Source: an uncultured Clostridia bacterium (lineage in GTDB: Bacteria; Bacillota; Clostridia; Christensenellales; UBA3700). Taken from it: a DNA stretch of 64,000 nt. The stretch covers positions 9,010 through 73,009 of the forward strand of contig CAMQWP010000004.1 in the NCBI GenBank assembly GCA_947038565.1, given 5' to 3'. Below the pieces are notes generated by a model. It was not told the DNA's origin and ran no database searches. It was given only the letters and a program-made list of their open reading frames with translations. A program made the translations under genes and the position numbers. Positions within the stretch are counted from its first letter, which is position 1; each line of letters starts with the position of its first letter. This document shows positions 49,183 to 57,103 of this stretch, in pieces.

Positions 49183-50280
49183 TTAATTGCTTACATTTTC
49201 ATGTCTTCTCTTATCACGCTTAATCATTTTCGCAGTATTCCTTTCCGATTCAATTCTATCGTAATTATAGTCTATAAAGTGCATAACACACTTAAGCGTA
49301 TCATCATTAATTATACTGATCAATACTGGTTTAAACTTAACTTTTGAACCTAACTCGCTTGCATATATCTTAAGACTTTCATTTGGGATCACTAAATAAC
49401 AATCTATATTCCATTTACTAATAATCACTTTCACTAATTGACTTCTACCATACATTATCAAATCATACTTTTCATTTACAGTCATTCTAGTCCCATGCTT
49501 AGACATTGCGTTATGCAATACACTCTCATATCTATGTTTCTGCTGCTCGCTTAATTGCTCGTATTTATCGTATTTATTCATGATGTTTTTTTCACAAATC
49601 TCTATTGATCGCGATTGCACTTTTATTTCATCATCTTCCATCAACAAACTGCATATGTTATTATTTTCATACCTATTCTCATTTTTTATTAAACTTGGTA
49701 ATATTTCGAATTCTTCTTGTGCAAGTGGACTCCACTTCGCATAAAGAGTTATATTATCTATAATAGGTAATGACTGATCAAAGAATACAACGCAATTTTT
49801 ATCTATGCACCAGTAGTCAAACTTACGATCATAATGTAAGGGTATACTATCTATATATATATACTCCCCATTTACTATAGATATTGCTTCTATAAACGTC
49901 CCTCCAAGAGTATTAAACTTCACCATACAAACGCACGGCTTCCATATAGCGTATAGCACTAATATATCATCATCAACACTAATACTATGTTTCATGTTTT
50001 GCATGTTATTATATATCTCTCCGTTATCGTCAGGAGAAGTATTCCAATGATAGAAGATGTAGTTTTCCTTCTTGTAATTATTTTTGCACAGCATGCAATT
50101 ATCTTTGAAAGAAGTATATTTGTGTTGCATTTCGCCATCAGTAGCTCCATTCGAGCGGAATTTTATGCAAACTTTTGTCTCTTTTAGTTTTATAGAAATA
50201 AGCACAATCAAAATAAGTAAAATAGCTATTACAATAATCCACCAATATTTATTTATCCATATTGCATTCACCATCGACAA
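49183..50280 (-). CDS. membrane-anchored protein with two Listeria-Bacteroides (InlB B / Flg_new) repeats and an unknown C-terminal domain
   Basis: N-terminal TM segment (WWIIVIAILLILIVLISI). Two repeats follow, ending ..F.HWNT..DG..Y......LYAIW and ..F.YW.........LYAKW. The last roughly 170 aa are unrecognised. Confidence 0.55.
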   Translation of the reverse strand: MSMVNAIWINKYWWIIVIAILLILIVLISIKLKETKVCIKFRSNGATDGEMQHKYTSFKDNCMLCKNNYKKENYIFYHWNTSPDDNGEIYNNMQNMKHSISVDDDILVLYAIWKPCVCMVKFNTLGGTFIEAISIVNGEYIYIDSIPLHYDRKFDYWCIDKNCVVFFDQSLPIIDNITLYAKWSPLAQEEFEILPSLIKNENRYENNNICSLLMEDDEIKVQSRSIEICEKNIMNKYDKYEQLSEQQKHRYESVLHNAMSKHGTRMTVNEKYDLIMYGRSQLVKVIISKWNIDCYLVIPNESLKIYASELGSKVKFKPVLISIINDDTLKCVMHFIDYNYDRIESERNTAKMIKRDKRRHENVSN

Positions 50281-50411
50281 CTCCCTTAAATGTAATCAAT
50301 CTGATTAATCGTACTTAGTCTATTACAATATGATAACATTTTTTAGACGTATTTAAGTTATTAAATCATGCCTAATATTGCCTTATTATGTCGATTATTG
50401 ACCTATAGAAT

Positions 50412-50446
50412 CAAAACAAGGCATCAAGCCTTAAACTTGATACCTT
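50412..50446 (-). terminator. rho-independent terminator after the 60-aa ORF
   Basis: AAGGTATCAAG-tttaagg-CTTGATGCCTT (one mismatch), followed by GTTTTG on the minus strand. Confidence 0.55.
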
Positions 50447-50495
50447 ATTAATAATTATTGTAGTCTATTCGATTATTACTCTTCATGTCAGATAC

Positions 50496-50678
50496 TCAAA
50501 TTGTTTTTCCTATCTTCCAAGATATTAACTGTTTAAACACCTCGTCACCACCGAAATTGTAACGTGCGCCTATTTCCCACAATTTCTTTTTCATTATAAG
50601 CATGCCTCTATCATAAGATACATGTTCTTGATTCATCTGTTCCTCTAGCCTTATAAATTCATCTTCTGGTATATTCAT
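50496..50678 (-). CDS. small hypothetical protein (60 aa)
   Basis: Strong RBS (AAAGGAG 7 nt before the ATG) and its own terminator. No TM segment and no Cys. I recognise no family. Confidence 0.45.
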   Translation of the reverse strand: MNIPEDEFIRLEEQMNQEHVSYDRGMLIMKKKLWEIGARYNFGGDEVFKQLISWKIGKTI

Positions 50679-50985
50679 CCTGAACTCCTTTTGTAATATG
50701 TAGTATTGTCTTTGATTTATTTGAGTATAATCGGAGTAGTAAATCTAAATGTCACATCGATATTAATTAACATTAGCAGTATCAACTCAAAATAATCTGA
50801 ACTTATCCCTGCATAACATTGATTATAATTACACACATTATGTTATTATATATAATTCTTCCTGTAATAAATACAGTTAGAATGTTACTTTCGAATTTTT
50901 TTGCTAACGAGTTAAAATGCGGTAGTTATTCTCTATTAGCAAAATTATTTCGTATCACTTTCGCAATACATCTTACTAGAATCAA

Positions 50986-51132
50986 TTATTTCTTATTCTT
51001 CATTGACTCAGGCACTTTTGGCTGATTGATCCACCAAGTACAAGCAACATCTACTGAATGCTCGCCCATTTTTCTAGCCATCTTAGGAACTAATCCCTCT
51101 CTTACGTTTGCATCATTCTTCTTGTTATTCAT
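50986..51132 (-). CDS. agrD: AgrD-like cyclic-lactone autoinducing-peptide precursor (48 aa; absent from the ORF track)
   Basis: My own translation is MNNKKNDANVREGLVPKMARKMGEHSVDVACTWWINQPKVPESMKNKK. GGAG lies 9 nt upstream, and the gene starts 38 nt downstream of agrB. The A-C-x-W-x-x-x-Q-P-x-x-P-x-S tail matches the clostridial AgrD signature. Confidence 0.7.
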   Translation of the reverse strand: MNNKKNDANVREGLVPKMARKMGEHSVDVACTWWINQPKVPESMKNKK

Positions 51133-51170
51133 ATACATTTTCTCCATTATATCCACAGCCCTAATGTCTG

Positions 51171-51764
51171 TTAAATAACTTTCTTTTGTCTCATCTTATT
51201 TTGTATCGTCCCTATAATATATAGTATCGATACGGAAAACATGGTAAAAGCGATACTGAAAGCATATATTCTTGTCACTTCAAATACCATCATGATCACA
51301 TAGGCAATAGATAAAATCAGTATTGCAAATACTAGCTTTATCTTCAATTTTCTACCTTCAGCTTTTTCAATATCTTTATTTGCACAACCTACTGGCGCAA
51401 GTATCAATCCTAATATGACAGACAAGCTATAAAAAGGAATACTCATATAGCTTAGAATATATAAAGGAGCATAAGTAAGCCCGATAAATGTACTATAAAA
51501 CACTAGCAGTCCTAATATACAACGCATGTGAGTTTTCGCATGACATCCGCCACCTAATCCTCGCATTGTCATAAATACGCTTATAAATATGAATGTTTCA
51601 ATATACCTTGCTGTAGCAATACCAATCACAATTAAAATAATCAAATTCAACAATGTTGATATGAATATCTCAAAGCTATAATCGTATATTTCTCTATCAA
51701 CTTCGGCAATGTTTTTTTTATTAACAAAGAATGTTGTTAATCTTTTGGAAATCTTTTGTATCAT
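51171..51764 (-). CDS. agrB: accessory gene regulator B (AgrD-processing membrane peptidase)
   Basis: 197 aa and polytopic. R.LGGGCHAKTHMRC places His and Cys 7 residues apart, as in the AgrB catalytic pair. Confidence 0.85.
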   Translation of the reverse strand: MIQKISKRLTTFFVNKKNIAEVDREIYDYSFEIFISTLLNLIILIVIGIATARYIETFIFISVFMTMRGLGGGCHAKTHMRCILGLLVFYSTFIGLTYAPLYILSYMSIPFYSLSVILGLILAPVGCANKDIEKAEGRKLKIKLVFAILILSIAYVIMMVFEVTRIYAFSIAFTMFSVSILYIIGTIQNKMRQKKVI

Positions 51765-51784
51765 ACTTTCTCCTTTCCACTATA

Positions 51785-53134
51785 TTAACATTTTTTGTTT
51801 CTTTTTTCAATATTTTTGCGTGAACTACACTCTAACGGGTGTGAAATGCAGTTTTTTAATAATATTGCCATTAAAAACTGTCCTTTTTCCACCTTGAAAT
51901 TCATAATACCGTCATATTTTGTCGATAATTCATTTATCTTTTGTAGACCATATCCATGATTTAGACTCGTATTATCTTTTGTGCTTTTTCCTATTTCGAC
52001 GTTTTCATTAGAAGTAGGGTTCGTGCATTTTATAGCTAAATAATTCCCTTGCATTTTCAAAGCAAGAGATATTTCTTTACGCTCTGCAGTCAAGTTTTCA
52101 CAAGCCTCAATGCTATTGCATAATATATTACCTAGAATTACACAAATATCCATGCTATTTATTTCAATACTACTAAATATAAAAGCCGTAATATTAAGTT
52201 TGATACCATGCCTAGCTGCAAGGTTACTTTTCACATTCAATAATGCATTGATGTCATCAAGGCCTACATAATTCACGATCTGCTTAGATAACATTGACTC
52301 GCAAATTTGATTGACTACATCAAATGCTTTATCATCATTGTTATGCATGTACTCCTTTATGGTGAACATTTTATGCTTAAGATCATGTATTTCCCTATTA
52401 GACTCTATTTGCGATGAAATCAATAGGTTATAATGATTTATTTCCGTTTCTAAATTTATTATTTCTTTTTCTTGATTGTGTATCTTACCTTCCCTTTTAG
52501 CTATTGAGTCAAATGTAATTAATGCACTTATATTAGCAGCAATTAGCAAAACTGCCGATGATAAAACCATTATTTTTTCCGTTATGCCATTTGCTTTATA
52601 TACCACAAAAGAAAGTATTATCAACACAACTATAGAAGCAATCGGCATAAGTAGGCTTAAAGAGCTATGCCAAATATTAATTCCATTCGCTACTGGCTTT
52701 ACAAGCATGAGCATAGTCTTCACTGTACAATATAGTAAAAACTTTGATATTACGCCACATAGTAGATAAAGCTCAATGTCATCCTGTATCATCACTGGGC
52801 TAATATTATTAATAGCACCAACCGTCAACGTAACAAGTAACTCAAATGACATAGATATCACTATATACATTAGAATCGATACTATTCTTTTATTAAGTTT
52901 CATCTTGTAAATATAAGTAAAATCAAATAAAATAATAGAATTGATCGTGATTAGCATAATTGGATTATTGATAAATACTGTGGCAACAGCTGAAAATATC
53001 AAATACAATACTACAGTGATAACCCCGATAGATTTCTTCGCTATATCGCCAAATCTGAATCTTTTAGATAATTCATAAATAACCAACAATTCGATTATCG
53101 CAACGAATTGATTTATAATTATTTTCTCTATCAT
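51785..53134 (-). CDS. agrC: AgrC-like (HPK10, GHKL) sensor histidine kinase
   Basis: About 6 N-terminal TM helices, an H-box (EIHDLKHKM), an N-box (LGNILCNSIEA) and a G-box (GYGL). ATGA overlap with the response-regulator gene. Confidence 0.8.
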   Translation of the reverse strand: MIEKIIINQFVAIIELLVIYELSKRFRFGDIAKKSIGVITVVLYLIFSAVATVFINNPIMLITINSIILFDFTYIYKMKLNKRIVSILMYIVISMSFELLVTLTVGAINNISPVMIQDDIELYLLCGVISKFLLYCTVKTMLMLVKPVANGINIWHSSLSLLMPIASIVVLIILSFVVYKANGITEKIMVLSSAVLLIAANISALITFDSIAKREGKIHNQEKEIINLETEINHYNLLISSQIESNREIHDLKHKMFTIKEYMHNNDDKAFDVVNQICESMLSKQIVNYVGLDDINALLNVKSNLAARHGIKLNITAFIFSSIEINSMDICVILGNILCNSIEACENLTAERKEISLALKMQGNYLAIKCTNPTSNENVEIGKSTKDNTSLNHGYGLQKINELSTKYDGIMNFKVEKGQFLMAILLKNCISHPLECSSRKNIEKRNKKC

Positions 53135-53850
53135 ATCTCTACCTTATTAATATAATTATTTAATTGCGACTTAAATTCATCTTTATATTTCCGACTTACC
53201 AAAACTGTATTCCCATTATCCAGTAGAATTTCATTACTATTCATAGAAAATACCTTTGTGAGATTAACGATATAGCACCTATGCGAACGACAGAAGTGTA
53301 ATTGATCTAGTTCTTCATATATTTCAGAAAGCTGTTTTACAAGCTCAACAGTAGTATTATCATGCATATGTATTAGTACAGCTTTATTAAGACTTTCAAT
53401 ATAGGCTATATTATTTACATCTATAAATACATTATTACGCTGTTTCTCTACTCTAAGGATTTTTCTATTTGATATAAAACTAGTGACTGCTCTATGTATC
53501 TCATGTTTAAATATCTGATCATCTATAGGTTTACTTATGTATTGAAATGCACCTACGCAAAAAGCATCAGATACAAACGAATTATGGCTAGTAACAAATA
53601 TCACTATGACATTATTATCTATTTCCCTAATTTTTGATATAGCTCGGACTCCATTATCATCACCCACTTCTATATCCATGAAAATAATATCAAGCATTCC
53701 TGCATGTTTATAAAAATTGACTAGATTCAAGCAGTTTGTAAATTCGAAAATTTTAAACTTCTCACAGTCATCATCAAAATAATCCATAACACGTATAGAA
53801 ACATCATCAACCATAAATTTTTCATCATCACAAATAGCTATTTTAATCAT
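53131..53850 (-). CDS. agrA: LytTR-family response regulator (AgrA-like)
   Basis: Receiver domain (IAICDDE...DIIFMDI) plus a C-terminal LytTR domain (I.YIES....V..H........L...E.....F.R.HR.YIVN). Confidence 0.9.
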   Translation of the reverse strand: MIKIAICDDEKFMVDDVSIRVMDYFDDDCEKFKIFEFTNCLNLVNFYKHAGMLDIIFMDIEVGDDNGVRAISKIREIDNNVIVIFVTSHNSFVSDAFCVGAFQYISKPIDDQIFKHEIHRAVTSFISNRKILRVEKQRNNVFIDVNNIAYIESLNKAVLIHMHDNTTVELVKQLSEIYEELDQLHFCRSHRCYIVNLTKVFSMNSNEILLDNGNTVLVSRKYKDEFKSQLNNYINKVEI

Positions 53851-53924
53851 AATCTTGCCTCCGATCTACTAATGAATTTTTAGAATATATAACTATAATC
53901 GAATAATCATATCTTTCAAATTAA

Positions 53925-53953
53925 AGTATAACATATTATTTTACCAAAATCAA
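53925..53953 (-). promoter_or_regulatory. sigma-A-type promoter upstream of the agrA-like gene
   Basis: On the minus strand: TTGATT, 17 nt, TATACT, about 70 nt before ATG 53850. Confidence 0.45.
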
Positions 53954-54111
53954 TAATTGAAGCATAATTTATACTATAAATTCATTTTTTAAATAATAAT
54001 CAAATATATTGTCGAATATTGTCATATTTTACATTATCCTGCAAATATTTAGTATCAAGCTGAATTTTAAATTTGCTGATTTAACGCGTTTTATAAATAT
54101 GTGATTGCGCC

Positions 54112-54148
54112 AAAAAAAGCTGAGCAATATGATTGCTCAGCTTTTTTA
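54112..54148. terminator. bidirectional terminator after xylB, insulating it from the agr cassette
   Basis: AAAAAA-AGCTGAGCAAT-atg-ATTGCTCAGCT-TTTTTT. Confidence 0.8.
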
Positions 54149-54233
54149 TTATAATTATTTTTAATATGAACTTATATTATTTAATGGTATTCAACCTATC
54201 TTCAATTTTCTTTTCAAAGTTTCCAATACTCAC

Positions 54234-55727
54234 TTATCTGATTTTAGCAAGATTTCTATTGTTATCTTTTAATAGCGAGTAAAGTTGACTATATAACAAA
54301 TATAAATTATCAGCCATTGCACTATCTTCTTGTTGCGGATTGTTATAAGTTGTATTATCATTTAAAAACGAAGTACTTGCACTAATTATATCATCATATA
54401 CACCAGCGCCCACACACGCTAAAATAGCAACGCCTCTAGCACCGCTTTCAGCACTTTCTCTTGATATCAATGTCTTTTTTGTAATATTTGATATTATACT
54501 TAACCATACATCACTTTTAGCACCGCCTCCTGATACAGTTATATCCCCTATCAAAACGCCTATATTTTCTATCACAGTTATGCAATCACGCATACTAAAA
54601 GCGACACCTTCAAGCACTGATCTATATAAATGCCCAAGTTTATGAGTAATAGACAGCCCGATAAAACTTGCTCTGATATCATTATCTAAGTGAGGAGTTC
54701 TCTCGCCTTGCAAATATGGCAAGAATAATAATCCTTCACTGCCCAACGCTATGCCATAAGCTAATCTGTCTAGCTCTTTGTATGATATATCTTTCGCAAA
54801 ATTCTTTTTGAACCAGCTAAGCGACAGGCATGCTGACTGCGTAACGCCCATCACATGCCAAGTATTTGGCATTGCGTGACAAAACGTCTGCACCCTTCCT
54901 TTCTCGTCACGGTTTGGCTTGTCAAGCGATGCAAACACAACGCCCGAACTACCTAGCGACATACTTACCTCGCCGTCATGAATGATACCGTTACCTAGCC
55001 CTGCAGCTGCCTGATCACCAGCACCAGCGACCACTACAGTATCAGTCGTTAATCCCGTTAGCGACGCAATATTATTAGTAATATCACCTACCACTTCACA
55101 GCTTTCAAATACTTGTGGCAACCAGTTTATGTCAATATCAAAATGATTTAATATCTCATTTGACCACTGTCTTTTGCCCACATCTAACATTCCTGTACCA
55201 CTTGCATCAGAAACATCAGTAGTAAAATTTCCTGTAAGCATGAAATTAACATAGTCTTTTGGTAGCAATATTTTATCTATATTAGCATATACTTCCGCAA
55301 GATTATTTTTCACCCATAGCAGACTCGGTAATGTAAATGCCGCAATAGCAGGATTTAGCGTATAATCAGCATAATCCTTCATGCTTGAATTTATGTATTC
55401 ACACTCTGCCTCTGCCCTTGTATCACACCATATTATACTATTATGTAACAGTGTTAGTTTTTCATCAAGCATTACGAGACCATGCATTTGACCTGATAAT
55501 CCGATACCTTTAATAAGGTCTGGGCTTACTATATTCATATCAACAATATTTTTAATACAATAGATAGTAGCATCATACCACAGTTTAGCGTCTTGCTCTG
55601 CGTAACCATTTTTCGGATTAAGTAAAGGGTAGGACTGATATGATTCTGCCATTTTATCGCCTACACTACTATATAATATAGCTTTAGTTCCGCTAGTACC
55701 GATATCTAAACCTAGGACATAATACAT
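54234..55727 (-). CDS. xylB: xylulokinase
   Basis: FGGY kinase with N-terminus YVLGLDIGTSGTKA. Its start overlaps the xylA stop. Confidence 0.88.
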   Translation of the reverse strand: MYYVLGLDIGTSGTKAILYSSVGDKMAESYQSYPLLNPKNGYAEQDAKLWYDATIYCIKNIVDMNIVSPDLIKGIGLSGQMHGLVMLDEKLTLLHNSIIWCDTRAEAECEYINSSMKDYADYTLNPAIAAFTLPSLLWVKNNLAEVYANIDKILLPKDYVNFMLTGNFTTDVSDASGTGMLDVGKRQWSNEILNHFDIDINWLPQVFESCEVVGDITNNIASLTGLTTDTVVVAGAGDQAAAGLGNGIIHDGEVSMSLGSSGVVFASLDKPNRDEKGRVQTFCHAMPNTWHVMGVTQSACLSLSWFKKNFAKDISYKELDRLAYGIALGSEGLLFLPYLQGERTPHLDNDIRASFIGLSITHKLGHLYRSVLEGVAFSMRDCITVIENIGVLIGDITVSGGGAKSDVWLSIISNITKKTLISRESAESGARGVAILACVGAGVYDDIISASTSFLNDNTTYNNPQQEDSAMADNLYLLYSQLYSLLKDNNRNLAKIR

Positions 55728-57046
55728 TATCTACCTGCCTTGATTATGCAATCATTAAGCACTGACTCTAACCACTCTTGTCTGCCACTATTAGTAGTAG
55801 GCTCAACTCCATTAAGAGTATAATTATATAAATCAAGAAGACTTGTCTTTCCGTCAACTATGTCTTTTCCAATACCGCTATTATAGCTAGAGTATCTATC
55901 CTCGACGAACTTATCAATTCTACCATCAGTCACAAGCTGTTCTGCAACTAGCAAGCCGTACGCGAATGAATCCATACCTGCAATGTAACATAGGAATATA
56001 TCTTCGAATGAGTTACTTTGTCTGCGTGCTTTAGAATCAAAATTTAAGCCACCGTTTGTAAAGCCACCCGCACGAATTGTCTCATACATACATAATGAAG
56101 TATCGTATATATTTGTAGGGAATTGGTCAGTATCCCAACCAAGCAACATATCGCCCTGATTTGCATCAATTGAACCAAACATTCCATTATCACTAGCAAC
56201 TCTAAGCTCGTGGTTAAAAGTATGACCAGCAAGGGTAGCATGGTTTGCTTCTATATTTAACTTAAAATCCTTATCAAGACCGTAATGTCTCAGGAAACCT
56301 ATAACTGTCGCAGAGTCGAAATCATACTGATGTTTTGTAGGCTCTTTTGGTTTTGGCTCTATGTAAAAATCTCCTTCATAGCCAATAGACCTACCATACT
56401 CCACGGTCATCTTCATAAGCCTTGCCATATTATCTTGCTCAAACTTCATGTCAGTATTCAGTAGAGTATCGTATCCTTCACGACCGCCCCAGAACACATA
56501 ACCAGTACCGCCAAGCTCTACAGTAATATCAAGAGCTTTCTTGATCTGTGCACCTGCATATGCAAATACCTCACTGCTAGGATTTGTACCTGCACCACTC
56601 ATAAATCGTGGATTAGCAAAACAGTTTGCAGTACCCCATAAAAGTTTAATTCCAGTTCTTTGCATTTCACTTTTTATTAAAGGTACTATCACGTCAAGAT
56701 TTGCACTGCTTTCAGCGAAAGTTGCACCCTCAGGAGCGATATCTCTATCATGAAAACAGAAGTATTCTATTCCTAATTTCTCCATTATTTCAAACCCTGC
56801 GAACACTTTATTTTTGCAAGTATCTAATGGATTATCTGCACCGAAAGACTTGTTTATCGTATCATCACCAAACATGTCTTTTCCGCCTGCACACATTGTA
56901 TGCCAGTAGCTCATTGCGAACTTTAAATGCTCGCTCATTTTACGTCCAAGCACTATTTTGTTTTTATCATAATGCTTAAAACTTAACATATTATCACTAT
57001 CAATACCTTCGTATTTTATATTGCCAATATTCTCAAAAAACTTCAT
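55727..57046 (-). CDS. xylA: xylose isomerase
   Basis: FCFHD.D, WGGREG and IEPKP.EP..HQYD motifs. Confidence 0.95.
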   Translation of the reverse strand: MKFFENIGNIKYEGIDSDNMLSFKHYDKNKIVLGRKMSEHLKFAMSYWHTMCAGGKDMFGDDTINKSFGADNPLDTCKNKVFAGFEIMEKLGIEYFCFHDRDIAPEGATFAESSANLDVIVPLIKSEMQRTGIKLLWGTANCFANPRFMSGAGTNPSSEVFAYAGAQIKKALDITVELGGTGYVFWGGREGYDTLLNTDMKFEQDNMARLMKMTVEYGRSIGYEGDFYIEPKPKEPTKHQYDFDSATVIGFLRHYGLDKDFKLNIEANHATLAGHTFNHELRVASDNGMFGSIDANQGDMLLGWDTDQFPTNIYDTSLCMYETIRAGGFTNGGLNFDSKARRQSNSFEDIFLCYIAGMDSFAYGLLVAEQLVTDGRIDKFVEDRYSSYNSGIGKDIVDGKTSLLDLYNYTLNGVEPTTNSGRQEWLESVLNDCIIKAGR

Positions 57047-57103
57047 AACTATATTTTCTCCTTGTGCTATTTCTAAATAACACCATTCTATTTATATTTT
57101 TAA

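Noticed and set aside
48677-50280. Prophage remnant, suggested by the LL-H holin-like gene.
   Set aside because: No endolysin, integrase, terminase, capsid or tail genes are present. No att-like direct repeats are visible. Holin_LLH-like proteins also occur outside phages.
50873-50881. ACAGTTAGA, a good match to the AgrA/LytTR 9-mer (ACAGTTAAG-like), in the agrD to small-ORF spacer.
   Set aside because: It is a single copy. No second repeat occurs at the expected roughly 21-bp offset in either direction, and a 9-mer hit in AT-rich DNA is expected by chance. It remains worth testing experimentally.
56044-56241. Same-strand and opposite-strand small ORFs inside xylA, GH38 and GH3. Examples: 56044-56241, 57737-58009, 59455-59790, 61497-61700.
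   Set aside because: They are out-of-frame overlaps within strongly recognised enzymes, with no independent translation signals.
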